Source of the DNA: Hydrolagus colliei
Lineage: Eukaryota
Direction of reading: 5' to 3'
Length of the DNA: 64,000 nucleotides
Assembly: GCA_035084275.1 (NCBI GenBank)
Contig: CM068749.1
Span: forward strand, 18,414,001-18,478,000
Shown here: positions 51,501-63,160 of the stretch, piece by piece
Layout: each line of letters starts with the position of its first letter
Position numbering within the stretch: the first letter of the stretch is position 1
Notes under the pieces: generated by a model
Databases searched by the model: none
Told to the model about the DNA's origin: nothing
What the model saw: only the letters and a program-made list of their open reading frames with translations
Translations under genes and position numbers: made by a program

Positions 51501-51991
51501 AATATATTGCTGCTTACGCATTTCATTAATTTGCTTTATTTTATTCTTATGTAGATTTCTAGGTGATAATCTAAGGATCATACCAGTACACAATGTTGGT
51601 GATATGGTCAAAAGCATGGTGACCATTGCCACGGTTAGTACACCTCACGTTTCTGAATTATGAGAATGTATAAACACTGTATACTGATTTGTATGTTAAT
51701 ACTGTACATGGTATGACCAATATAGTGTACACTAAGATTCTTGAACTTTCAATTTAGAAAACTAATTTTGAAACCTTCAGATATATGCCAATTATTTGGG
51801 TGAAGTTCTGATTATTGCTCTATTAATGTTCTTAATGATACATAAATGATCAATGATTCAAACATTTATTCCTTATGAAGGCGACATGTAAGCCACACGT
51901 GGATAGTGTTCGTGATCGCATTGCCATGGCCCGAGCTCAGATTATAGAATACAGTCCTGTCTGGGAGATGCTTCGCAAACAGCAAAAATGA
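48485..51991 (+). CDS. C1orf146: SPO16 homolog (C1orf146/SCRE), meiotic XPF-ERCC1-like partner of SHOC1; 5 coding exons, 165 aa
   Basis: join(48485..48526,50297..50390,50927..51098,51555..51633,51881..51991) = 498 nt. Peptides RFSDSVVDGSIIFPLSGVAF, IHRNSFLLLVAAL, QQRFLGDNLRIIPVHN and IIEYSPVWEML match remembered human C1orf146. It is syntenic between BTBD8 and GLMN. Confidence 0.93.
48560..49945. repeat. G-rich tandem array (18/24/27-bp units; five exact 60-bp higher-order copies)
   Basis: Core agaggggtgtctgggg(atgg)gg; the 60-nt lines from 48781 to 49080 are identical. Confidence 0.95.
50297..50390 (+). CDS. C1orf146: SPO16 coding exon 2
   Basis: HHEVVASLSNQRQRIRFSDSVVDGSIIFPLSG. Confidence 0.93.
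50927..51098 (+). CDS. C1orf146: SPO16 coding exon 3
   Basis: VAFIIVDVEDL...EWDILYKLQQR. Confidence 0.93.
51555..51633 (+). CDS. C1orf146: SPO16 coding exon 4
   Basis: FLGDNLRIIPVHNVGDMVKSMVTIAT. Confidence 0.93.
51881..51991 (+). CDS. C1orf146: SPO16 last coding exon
   Basis: ATCKPHVDSVRDRIAMARAQIIEYSPVWEMLRKQQK*; AATAAA at 51994-51999. Confidence 0.92.
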   Translation, partial: ATCKPHVDSVRDRIAMARAQIIEYSPVWEMLRKQQK

Positions 51992-52844
51992 TGAATAAAA
52001 CTTGCAACTGTGAACCAGGTACTATTGATATAAACTCTCTTCTCCTGCAAATGTATTTTGAACATTTTTTCAGTGAAGCAACTGATTTGTAGCACTTGTA
52101 ACTCTCATTATATTATTAAAAAGTTGGGATTCAAACTGATTTGGTGTAACAATGTCATTATTAATTTCTATTACAATGACTAATTTTGGTCGGTCTTTGA
52201 GGTGTATCATCAGTTGAAATTAAGTATTCATTTGATTTTGAACAGACAACCAAATTCTAAGATATAATGCATTTATTGCACTTATTTGGAATAAGCATGT
52301 GATAGTTGAGTGAAGAATATGGGCATTTACAGTGTATGAAATAGTTTCTTGTCCAAAGTTTTTTTTAATGGATTAATTAGTTTATGTTTCTTGTGAGTTA
52401 TTGTGTTGATATCAAACTGCATTTTTTAATTCAATAATAACACGACTATATACATTTGCCTACAAGTTTTTTTTATATAGAATGTTTGACATTGATACCC
52501 CATGTTTATTTCAGACAAATTAAAATGATTTGGGCTGAACAATTTGTCATCTTAGGTAGTCATCTAGTTTGAGGTAAATGCAACAGTATAACATGTTTTC
52601 CCTCTGTAAGGTTATGCATTCTTTATGTTTCTTCCTCTACCATTTTCTCGAGATCCCAAGGTCATGCATCAACTATAGTAAAACTGATTGTTGAGTATTT
52701 GGAGTTATCCTGATTGAGTTTTTTTCTAAAGAAATGGGTTAAGATAATACTGTTTAGTAGTTTTCCACTCTAGAAAAAGTCAAAATTATTACGGAATTCT
52801 TGCATTGCCACCTATTAAATCTACACCACTCAATCGTCCCCAGT

Positions 52845-52934
52845 TCAGGTGTTTACTTTCGGCTCAGTTAGCTCTTCTATTCGTGCCAGCACACTCTCCA
52901 TGAGATCAAATGTGTAGATAGCTGACCGTAGAAC
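52845..52934 (-). CDS. GLMN: GLMN last coding exon
   Basis: VLRSAIYTFDLMESVLARIEELTEPKVNT*. Confidence 0.92.
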   Translation of the reverse strand, partial: VLRSAIYTFDLMESVLARIEELTEPKVNT

Positions 52935-55900
52935 CTGAATGACAGTAAATTAATAGGGATGAAATAACAAGTGTAACACTAAATTAAAGGAAAAATTATT
53001 TCATCTTCAGCAATAACTTCAGGATAGATAAAATGATGAAGTAAAGTGGTTACCTCCAATTGCATTGGTATAGTCATTTTGGGTAGTTTCTTACCACCAA
53101 CTGTTAAGGAACATTGGGTTTCACTAGGCGGAGCACCTGCAATTATTAATAAAATGGAGTGATTTCTCTTAATTTTCATTTCCCTACACAATTGCTCATC
53201 TCCATGAAGTCCTCTTTTCACCAGAAAGGTGGAAAATCAGACTATGGCTTTTCTGTAAGCCCACATACCAAGTGTCAATGGCAAGTTAATCAGCATCAAA
53301 ACAGATCTTTAATCTTATTAATGATACTTTATTCAAACAACAAACCTTTGATTTTCTTGTTTTCCTCTTTGGTTCTGATCTCTGATTCATAATGAGCCTT
53401 TGACATATTCAAACCTGTGCGCAGTGGTTGTAGGAAATTTTCAATCCAAAAACGATCAGTCCATATTCCAGTCTGCAAAAGATGAAAGATAGAATAACCA
53501 AGATGATTTATGTATATTAAGATGAATTAATACTTTTAATCAAATGATTAAAAGTATTAATCCCTGTTTTTCATATATTTTAACATTATGTTAAATAGAA
53601 ATGAGCAAAAAGATCAAAACTGTTGCCAAATGAGCGGTAACATTTACACTATACAAAAGTTCCAACAATTCCTGTCTTGGCAACTAGCTGGTTGAGTACT
53701 CAGTAAATGGTCAGCTAAAAGTAAAAAGGTAAAGAAAACCTAAAGATGAGGGGAAGGGATTCTATGTTTTCAGATCCTTTGCTACAGTTTTTCCTCTCTC
53801 TTTTAGTGAGATTGGTAGCAATGTGTACAAGTATTTTCATTTATTTCTTGATACTGTCTGTCACCAGCAGGTGATTCAAAAAGAAATGGGGTCTGCGCTT
53901 TTTTAAAAAAAAACTACATATCTAAATATTATAAAAGATTTGTTTGTCCTTAATAATGGTCCATAACATACTCATATTGATTAAATATCATGTGATTGAT
54001 TTCTTTTGTCAAAATTATTTACGTACCTGATTCTCCGATTCGTTATCCCTGATTACTAGATATCTTAGGAGGTTCAGTGAAGCCATGATCCTAATATAAA
54101 TGGTGGGGAAAAAACAAGTCAACAGTTTTCAAAAATAAACTATTTGCAGGAATGAAATGGCTGTGTGATACAGATTTGCAGGCACATTCCCCCATATTTT
54201 GAGATCTTACATTAGTTCTTCCAGAGGAGACTAATTAATGAGAATTCTGAGTGTACAATAAAGAGAAAATGGTTACTTTTTCATCCTTCCCACCCTACTA
54301 CTCAATTAGTTCATTTTTTTTTACGTCTTGCAGTGAGTGCTATTCTTAGATGGAGAAGATGGGTAAGCAAACTGCTTATATCTCTCCAAATACAGCAGCC
54401 AACCAGATACTCAGTCTACCAATTTCTTTTTCCAAGCCTGGCCTCCACAGAAGTTTGGAGATTTAGAATTGATGGTACGCTATAGCATATAAAATAACTA
54501 GCTGTTCAGTTATTTAAATTAGTCAAATGTCATTTTCCACAAGTACTGAATCATACCTGTCTGAGTATTGAAGCAAGTCTGTTTCTGCTCCTTCAGGAAG
54601 TGAAAGGACTAAATGAAGAAGAGTGATCAGGTGTGGATCTGAAAACCACACATTTTTATTGCCAGGCTAAAAAAAGTTTAAATTTGCAAATTGTTAAAAG
54701 ATAGATTTCGAAGAATTAAAGGAAAAGCAAATACTTTAGAAAACCTGCTAAATTCATATGCATCTTTATTACAAGCTAACAATGATGAAATGTGTGACAA
54801 TAGTTAGGATCACTCTGTGCTAAATGGACTAGAAAAACTCAAGTTATACATTTTGCTCCAGATCATGAACTTATTTTATAACTAACTTTAAACATAGCTA
54901 CTAGGTCACTCATATTGGGGAGTATTTATTGACTTTACCATAACTCCTCCATTTCAGTCTGAGAAAATTATGTACTCGGAGGATGAATCAGCAGAATATT
55001 TTACCCTTGGTTATTATTTCTAATTTGTTCCTAACGTGCATGTTAGGAACAGAGTTAATACCAAGACAAACATACTTAATTAACCAAATTCAAATTGTTG
55101 TGATCTTGGTATCACAATCAAAAACTGCCAAGCAGCCATCTGCTGGACAGGGAACAATAATTTGTACCAGTTAATATTTCTGTTTCATAACTTTCTTACC
55201 TTTAATGCTAGATCAACCTGATCTTTAATGTTTTGAATAATATAACCTTGTACCCCAGCATGTTGACTTGTCTTTAAGAGACACCTACAAAAGTGAAATA
55301 GAGAAGTGGCTGAAACAAGTACCTCCAATAAAATGTTGCCAGCCATACTCCAAAGCTATTAGGTCAACATGAGGAAAGCAATCAATTCCAAACTCTCAAT
55401 CTAAAAGTTGCTTCAGGATATAATAATTTCTAAAGAATTAAAAGTTCCGTATACATTTTTAATCGTAAGATTTAATCACATCTTATCTCATCTGTAACAG
55501 ATAAAACATGCAGGATTTTATAATTACTTTGTGAATACAATTTTTAAAATTAAAGTGTAATCTATCTTGGCCTATTGCAAATTATACTTTTACTAATTGA
55601 AAATCAGGACAACAGAAAAACCATATAATCTAATCGTAACTTACCTAAATAATTTATATTTTCCTGATGTGTCAAACTTATTTATATACTGTTGAAATAT
55701 CTTTAGGCTCCATTTGCGCTGAAACAATAAAGACAATTAAATCTAATGATGGAAATCAACTTCGTTAGATAATTATGTTTCTTATTTCTTATTTAGATTT
55801 CATGAACACATACCAGATGATCAATAGGGCAGAGGGTCATCACCTTCACTAAATCCTGAATACAAATTCAAAAAGTAAACCATTAAAACAAATATGCAAA

Positions 55901-58900
55901 CACCAATTATGATGCTGATCACACAAGATTGTTTGATTTAAATTTCAAATACTGTAATTGTATTTGTTTCTCTATCTTTATTATACTTTACCTGTGGAAC
56001 GCTAAGAATGTTTTTGATCTCCAAATATTCATGGGAAAGACTATTCTCTTCAATTGGTAACAAGCAATGTTCGTACAATTCCTGCAAAAGAGATTCAAAT
56101 TGATATAGGCCAATGAGTCAATTCAGTGAAAAAGTATAGTAAGACTGAAATCAGTGAGGACCATAACATTTAATGTGACTTGTGCTCAGTCCGAGTGTGA
56201 GGCAACCTATATGTCGTATAAAATCAAATGCAATTAAGCTACACTGTGCATGCATAATTCAATGCTTCATTTAAGTGCGCATGCATCAATGGATCAAGAC
56301 TACATTTTCTGCAATTCAATGCAGCTACCTGGAAAGTGTGCATGCGTTGATGGGTCAGGACTTAATTTCCCACTATTCAATGCAGGTAAGTGCGGCAGTA
56401 ATGGTGAGTAGGGGAATGGAGTTAGGAGTTGATTAATATATGGAGTGCAAAAAAATCTTAAGTGGTTTTGATAGGAAACTAAATGGGACTTGGGTGAATG
56501 TATGACTTGGGCTAAACGTACAACTTGGGTGATTATATGATTTATAAATATAAGACTTATGCAAATGTTACTATATTTACATTGCCAACAATAGAAAATA
56601 CTGTAATGTAAATTCTGATAAGATACAAGTGGTATCTAGTAGTTAACTAACAAGCTTTAGAAATTCAAATGCCAACAGCAAACAGAAAAAACAAGAAAAC
56701 TTACCAGTCCTTTAGATAGAATGGACTCTTCCGTCCTGCCAGTAACATAATTTAAGTTATTTTATGCAACCAAAAAGTTTTTTTTTCAAAAAACGTTTTA
56801 TAATTATAAACAAGAAGCTTCACTATAATTGCAAAATTGAAAGGTTATGTGAAAAATTGTTCAATTGGGACGTCTTTCCGACATGAAAGGCGCTCTACAA
56901 ATGTAATGTTGTTCCAAGTTTTCAGCAGATTTTAAACTATTCCCCATGGATCACTATTTCCAAAAGCCTTTCAAAAGTCAAAGATCTGGGGAAGATCTAT
57001 TAAACACAATAAACACGTTAAGTCTTAATCTGTTCTTTTAATATTACCCCAAACTATTTTTGAATGAATAAAATCAAAACTTGGAAAATACAAACAACAC
57101 GGTGCAATAGGTCCAAAAAATTCCACACACGTTATAACTGATGTGCAAAAAAGCCGTGTGGGTCATCAGATGGCAACCGGTCATGTACTATCTAGTATCC
57201 AGGAAATGTTTTATAAGTGAATTTAGAGAGGGGCTTTTTAACATGGGTCTTGTCTATATATAGTATCCTTACTTTAGGTTGTTACTTTACCAGTTGCGTA
57301 TTCACATTAAGTATATACAATGACCTTTAAAATTAATCTCACCTTTTCATCATGGCAGCTATATAGTCCACATTATACTGAAGAAAGAATGCAGGGCTGA
57401 AAAAAGCATTTTGTTATTTTTACATCTTTAACCTTACAAATAGTAAACATTTAAATACATGAAAATGGTCTGCAAGAAATGGCTCAATATACCTTTCATA
57501 GACCATTTAAATAACAACATGTGATATTTTGAATTGGTTTTCTTTTATCAAACAAATTTGCGGAATCAAATCATAAATGCAGCTTGTACTTGTTGATCCT
57601 ATTCCAGCAATTTTAATATTGATGGCATTTAGAGAAAATATTACTTAAACATCTTGTATCCCGAGCACAATTACAATGTTTGTTTAACAATATATATTCC
57701 AAACAAGTCTAGAAACATTGCATTAATGGAATAGTATTTTACACACCTGTATACAGCTGGGAAATTATCAATACCAATATGCTGAACAAATAAAAGGTAT
57801 GCCAGGCAGGCTAATGAATTAATTGGGTACTTTATATCTTCTTCCAGAGGGTCAATCTCTTCCTGTTTCTTCCTGGATTGTACCATCAACACAGGAAGTG
57901 ACTCACCAAGAACTACAAGAAAAACCTACAAAAAATTAAGACGTATTAAAAACACACATACAGTCTATAATAATAGAAGTATAAATACATCAGATTTTAA
58001 GATTCATGTTTTTAAATTTAGAGAACAAATTCCTCTACAGAATTGAATGCAAATATGCAATATCAATCAAGCAAGGATTTTTGTCCTATAGGCTCCAACA
58101 AAGAAAAGTGGAAATCTTTACATATTCAAAAAAGTACCTTGTGTTGGAAAAGTACAAATTTAATTTATTTATTTAGTAGTTCCTCTGGTGTAACTCCAGA
58201 AGAGAATAAAAGACCAGATAATTGACATCAACCAAAATAGTTAGAAGTTGTCATCAGTTTTTTTTTAAGAATGAGGAAACTCAATGTTAATCTTAACTGG
58301 ACAATCAGGATAACTTTCGGAAGGTGAAACGCCTTGGTGAATGAGTTAGCAGGGGGAAATTGAACTTACCAGAATTTCAGCAGCAAACGTTCTCAACAAA
58401 TTTTCCTCAGTTTCTTCAGGTAGTGGATCTAATTGTGCTCTCAACAGTGGGTATTCCAAGCTTTTCATACAACTATATAAATTATAAAAAGTCCAATTGG
58501 ATGTTATACAAAATTTTACATGTTTATTAACAATTGCATTTTTTTAAAAAGGCATTCTGTTAAAAGTGCTTAGATTACCAAATTGAAAAAAATACCTACA
58601 ATTTCAGTAGTTCCTCCTTCAGTTGATCATTAGAGGGATTTGATTTAGAATCTGATATTTGACCTACTTCATCCACAAATGGCTTAACAAAAGAGGCAAC
58701 AGCCATACAACACTTGCAAAGATCATACGTATCATGTTGGCGTTGCTCATTGGTGCAAGGTACAGGTAACTGGGAGAGTTGTGTTATTATTGTTGAGAGC
58801 GTTAGTCCCACGGAGTATGCCTTCTTATGTCCCAATTTTAATAGCACTAGAAAAACAAGTTTATTTGCCAAGTTAATTTAAGAAATAACATGCATGCATT

Positions 58901-61079
58901 GGAATCTTATTTTTCAATAGTTTTTAACCAGAGATGCAAAATATCTCCAAGTGTTGTAAAATAGTATTTTAGTATTGAACCCAAAACTTACCATTAAACA
59001 CTATACAGGTATAGTATACAGATTTCAGCTCTATTAGTAGTTGACATTGTGATATATTTTCTTTAATCTGCAATTACTGTGTTACGATATCAAAAGACAA
59101 ACTAAAATATGAAATAACAGTCTTGTATAAAGTAACACAATGTAATCACTGCTTCATTTTACTCTTGAAACTCCAAAGGTATAGTTCAATGGTCATCCAT
59201 CACTGCCTCACCCAAATGGCAGATGGATATTCCATCATTATGGAGCTGGCAGAGGTATAGGAAGGAGGGATAAAACATTAGTTGAACTTGATCCTGTTTT
59301 ACCCAGTGACTAGACATTTGAATTTTGCAGCAGGAGTCGTTTGATAGCAATAAAGAGTGGAACTCCTCCTGATTTCTTCCTCCCAAGTTCTGGTGCCCCA
59401 TGGCAAATTATAATGCCCTTACCACTGCTATTCCTAAGATTAGTTAACAAACTAGTTATTGAAGCTTCACACTGGGATTTGAATTTACCAAACTTGATCA
59501 ATGGGGATCAATTTAGAATATTACCTGTCTGAAGTGGCTGCAGCAGCAATAAGATAGATTTTGATATATGCTCTCCAAAAGCTTCCTCAACTTGCTCCAG
59601 TAAACCTACCAGAAGTTCCTTTGGGTTACTTATCTGCAAGAAAGACATGAAACACACAACAATATTGTTAAAAATTTAACTTTATAAAATGGCAATTAGC
59701 TATTGTGAACTAGAGAAAACTATTACATTTTAAGTTTATGGAATTTGAATAGAAATTTTCAAAGTGAAGTTTCAGTATTTACAGCACAACAAATATAATT
59801 ATCTTATTAAACAGTTGTGAATTAAGTTTGATTATATTTATACACTCGGTGTAATCTCCCTTACCTGCACTATTAGGTCTAGGATTTTCAAGCAGTTTTC
59901 CCTGTACTCGGTTTCTTGGTTGTCCTTTAAAATGCAACCAACGACAGGACCAACAAGATTCCAGCCCATGCAGGTAACAAAATCCTGTCAAATATGAATT
60001 TATGGAAAATGTAAATATGAAGCAGAGTACAAGCAATTAATTGAATCTTATTTAGGGACAATTCAATACATATTGTCAAATGCACACCATTCATATACAG
60101 TACACTACATTGCAATTATAAACTTGCCTTGTTCTGCTCTTCCTGTAGGATTTCCAGAAGTTTAACTACATATCCATCTTTCAGGCACTGACTAGCTGCT
60201 GTCTGGAATATGCCATGATCTTCAGGCTTAAAGTCTGCTTCAGGTAGACCTCGCTAATGAAGTAAAACAACCATTTTAATCGCAGTGAAGTGGACAGCAA
60301 TTTCAGACATTTTCACTTAATACTGCATACCATATACCGGTATGTATTTCTTCAAGCAAACCATATCACAGTAAACAGTAAAATGTGATCCAGTATACAA
60401 GTTATTCCCAGAAACTGGAGGTTTATACAACTGCAACAAATCAGTAATTGCAACAAGATTTCCTCCTCTACATAATTTAGTAGATTGTTGGTGGATCATT
60501 TGCTAAAACTGAATGATTGAACCTATTGTAACAAATGTGCAGTGTATATAATAAATTTATATGTATATACAATGTTTCATTACATTACACCTCTAAATCA
60601 TGCAACAGTCTGTACAATCGATTCTGCTACATAGCTTAAACGTTTTTTTAAAAAAAGTCACTAAACCTTCGAGGATATTTTTCTCAATACTTTCTGAGAT
60701 AGGAAGGTTTGAAACGGAGATATTTTGCACACCAAAGCAGACTATTCAGTCCATTATGTTTGTCTCATAGCAACAGTATCCCTTCACTGTTGACTACCCA
60801 TTTATTCTCCAGTTCCTTACTCTATCCACCCATAGCTATAAAATTTGTAACTACCTTTGCATCTCAAAGCCGTTAAAATGAATGGTGGACACTGAGCAAC
60901 AAATTATACACAATATTTGTGATCATGTTCGTCTCTAAATTATACCTATGGATCCCATCAAGATCCAGCTGTACACAAATCCTTTGTAATCAACAAAAAT
61001 AGCAACTCAGTTGAGTGAAATCTACTATTACAATACTTACACATCTTTGAATCACTGCTTGAAGTTCTTCCAAAGCCAT
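52845..61079 (-). CDS. GLMN: Glomulin (FKBP-associated protein FAP48/68; RBX1-binding cullin-RING ligase inhibitor); 18 coding exons, about 590 aa
   Basis: complement(join(52845..52934,53054..53136,53346..53472,54027..54090,54557..54666,55200..55284,55645..55718,55814..55855,55992..56081,56705..56735,57343..57396,57747..57925,58370..58472,58600..58846,59525..59633,59865..59984,60128..60253,61041..61079)) = 1773 nt. Peptides MALEELQAVIQRC, MGWNLVGPVV, NPKELLVGLLE, LVKVMTLCPI, LPEGAETDLLQ, IMASLNLLRYL, GLNMSKAHYE and TFDLMESVLARIEEL match remembered GLMN. Confidence 0.95.
53054..53136 (-). CDS. GLMN: GLMN coding exon 17
   Basis: APPSETQCSLTVGGKKLPKMTIPMQLE. Confidence 0.9.
53346..53472 (-). 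CDS. GLMN: GLMN coding exon 16
   Basis: TGIWTDRFWIENFLQPLRTGLNMSKAHYESEIRTKEENKKIK. Confidence 0.92.
54027..54090 (-). CDS. GLMN: GLMN coding exon 15
   Basis: IMASLNLLRYLVIRDNESENQ. Confidence 0.93.
54557..54666 (-). CDS. GLMN: GLMN coding exon 14
   Basis: PGNKNVWFSDPHLITLLHLVLSLPEGAETDLLQYSDR. Confidence 0.93.
55200..55284 (-). CDS. GLMN: GLMN coding exon 13
   Basis: CLLKTSQHAGVQGYIIQNIKDQVDLALK. Confidence 0.93.
55645..55718 (-). CDS. GLMN: GLMN coding exon 12
   Basis: RKWSLKIFQQYINKFDTSGKYKLFR. Confidence 0.93.
55814..55855 (-). CDS. GLMN: GLMN coding exon 11
   Basis: DLVKVMTLCPIDHL. Confidence 0.93.
55992..56081 (-). CDS. GLMN: GLMN coding exon 10
   Basis: ELYEHCLLPIEENSLSHEYLEIKNILSVPQ. 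Confidence 0.93.
56705..56735 (-). CDS. GLMN: GLMN coding exon 9 (31 nt)
   Basis: TEESILSKGL; donor gtaagt. Confidence 0.9.
57343..57396 (-). CDS. GLMN: GLMN coding exon 8
   Basis: PAFFLQYNVDYIAAMMKR. Confidence 0.9.
57747..57925 (-). CDS. GLMN: GLMN coding exon 7
   Basis: VFLVVLGESLP...SLACLAYLLFVQHIGIDNFPAVYS. Confidence 0.92.
58370..58472 (-). CDS. GLMN: GLMN coding exon 6
   Basis: CMKSLEYPLLRAQLDPLPEETEENLLRTFAAEIL. Confidence 0.92.
58600..58846 (-). CDS. GLMN: GLMN coding exon 5
   Basis: LLKLGHKKAYSVGLTLST...QLKEELLKF. Confidence 0.93.
59525..59633 (-). CDS. GLMN: GLMN coding exon 4
   Basis: ISNPKELLVGLLEQVEEAFGEHISKSILLLLQPLQT. Confidence 0.93.
59865..59984 (-). CDS. GLMN: GLMN coding exon 3
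   Basis: DFVTCMGWNLVGPVVGCILKD...ILDLIVQ. Confidence 0.93.
60128..60253 (-). CDS. GLMN: GLMN coding exon 2 (GC donor)
   Basis: RGLPEADFKPEDHGIFQTAASQCLKDGYVVKLLEILQEEQNK; donor AAG|gcaagt. Confidence 0.9.
61041..61079 (-). CDS. GLMN: GLMN first coding exon
   Basis: MALEELQAVIQRC|gtaagt; acceptor cctag before 61103 implies an upstream non-coding exon. Confidence 0.92.
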
Positions 61080-61775
61080 TCTGATGTTACTTTCTACCTA
61101 CACCTAGGAATACAATGCACAAGAAAAACACCAACATCCAGTTACATTAATATATTTTTTAAGATCAATACCATAACTTTAATAGCAGCATCCATTTCTG
61201 ACCATCACTGAAGCAGATTTACATGCTTGACATATGGATGAGACAAGTCTATGTCTAGTAGTGCATGTTAAGTGCTGGAAAAAAATCTGTTTGGGGAAGC
61301 TGGGGAGAGGAGGGAGGGAAGGAGGGAGAGAGGGAAGTGGGTGTCGGGTGTGGAGGGTCGGACCGCATGTGTTGAGCCGAGGCTGCATCTCCAGCGAGTG
61401 GTCACTCGAGGACGGGACCGGACCGGAAATCCACAGCGCTTTTCTTCGGGAAGCACCTTAACTTGACCTGTATGTTTCACCCACACAATATACAGTCAAT
61501 TAATTTGCTTTAGAGCAAACCTTGTGAAGAGCTTTGGGACATCTTGAACACGTGACGAGGCACCATACTGAATACAGGGATTATTATTACGTTTATAGTA
61601 AGTTTGACAGCAAATTGAGCTGCAAGGCTATTTGAAATGGGGCTCATAAATTGAGACTGTTGTCTTCCGCAGTTGCTGAATTGTTCACAGTGTCCAGTCT
61701 TTGTGCAGAATTTGACAGAACATATATGAGAATGTATCTATGAGCCTCCAAGACAGTCCATTCGATAATTCTTAT

Positions 61776-62085
61776 GGAGCTCCTAGAGCACTCGCCTTAC
61801 AAGCGTGAGACCTGTGTTCGAATCCAGGCAGGTCAGGGCGAAACCTTGGGCAAGTTTCCTTACTCCACACGCCTAATAATAATCATCCCTCAAAAAAACC
61901 CTGCTGTAATAAATTGGTCATTTAAATTCACGACTGTTTGTGGGGACACTGCTGGGCGCGATTGGCCACCGCATTTCACCCACAGATATACAGTATATTA
62001 TTTACAGTATATTCTGTGAAGCGCTTTGAGACGTCAAGAAGACATGAAAAGCTTTATTTCAAATGCAAGGATTATTATTATTATT
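61776..62085 (+). mobile_element. Near full-length tRNA-headed Deu-type SINE (A-box region deleted)
   Basis: ggagctcc-tagagcactcgccttacaagcgtgagacctgtgttcgaatcc (B box)...ctgggcgcgattggccaccgc...aaatgcaaggattattattattatt; homologous to 13662-13973. Confidence 0.85.
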
Positions 62086-62149
62086 TGACCGACAGATTGA
62101 CCCCCTCGGGTCAGGACTGGACTGTAATGACTCGAAGCAACCAGAGAAC

Positions 62150-62530
62150 GAGGCGTCGCGGAAAACACAAGCACTAGTACTTTCTCCTCCCCAGCCCCGG
62201 CCCGGGGGAGGCTGAAGGTGGAATCATGTTTGGCTGAGGTCGGATGGTCAGAGACCCGCTGCGGGGGGGGGTCGGGAGGCTGACTGTGTGCGCGCAGGGC
62301 TTCCCGGCGGAGCTGACGGTTATATTTCAAACAGGGCCGCGCGACACCCACTCACCTCATCACAGCAGCCAGACGCTCCTAACGCGCGTGCGCCAACCGG
62401 CTCCTCCTCCTCCTCTCTTCCACCCCACCCCGTGGCCACATTGGGCGGGTTCACGCCCAATTGGGCGTTGTCGTTGTTGTTGTTGTTGTCCTTTGCCTGG
62501 ACAAAACCTGACTTTGGGCGGGTTCCTACT
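62150..62530 (-). promoter_or_regulatory. GLMN CpG island/promoter with putative non-coding exon 1 donor
   Basis: CpG-rich. Minus-strand donor GAG|gtgagt at 62356/62355, CCAAT/ATTGG boxes at 62440-62465, and TTGGGCGGGTT twice. Confidence 0.65.
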
Positions 62531-62779
62531 TTTTTTTAAAACAAAAAAATGCAAAACTCTCGCACAGTTTTCAAAACAGCACTCACCTCCTTACCTCTCT
62601 TCCGCCTTGTAGGAAGGAGGCAAAGCGTAAAACGTTGGGCTACTTTTGCGGGCAAGTATTTGGTTGGTTTTGGGCTACAAACGCACAACTGTCTTGTCCG
62701 TGAGCCTCTTTCACTGGTTGCTGCTTCCTTAGGTTTGTGCTGATGGACGAGTAATTCAGCACTTTGTTTTCGAACAAAC

Positions 62780-63030
62780 CAACAGCAACAACTTAGATTT
62801 ATATAGCGCCCTCCACTCCGGACGGTGTCTCAGAGCGCTTCACAATAATGGATCCCGGGAACCAGCCAGGGGGAGGGGGGAAAAAGGTGACTGGAGGTGC
62901 GGTCGAAAAGATATGTCTTCAGCTGAGACCTGAAACTAGGAAGGCACGGCCGCCGATAGTGGAGCAGAGGATTCGTGGGACAAGGAGGAGATCAGAACCG
63001 GAAACTGATTTAAAATCTGGGAGACGTCAG
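62780..63030 (-). mobile_element. L2 LINE 3' fragment (second subfamily)
   Basis: aacaacttagatttatatagcgccctccactccggacggtgtctcagagcgctt. The same tail occurs at ~6138-6195, ~27080-27130 and ~34580-34640. Confidence 0.7.
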
Positions 63031-63059
63031 GGGTGATCCATGATCCATTTAAACAATCC

Positions 63060-63160
63060 TTCCCGATCCCAGCTCAGGTCTGAAACACTGACTGTCTAGC
63101 CCCTTGGGACATCCTCCCAGCGTAAAAGGCACTAATACAAATGTAATTTTGTTGTTGTTG
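63060..63160 (+). mobile_element. L2 LINE 3' terminus
   Basis: cccagctcaggtctgaaacactgactgtc...ccttgggacatcctcccagcgtaaaaggcact...tgtaattttgttgttgttg. Confidence 0.75.
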
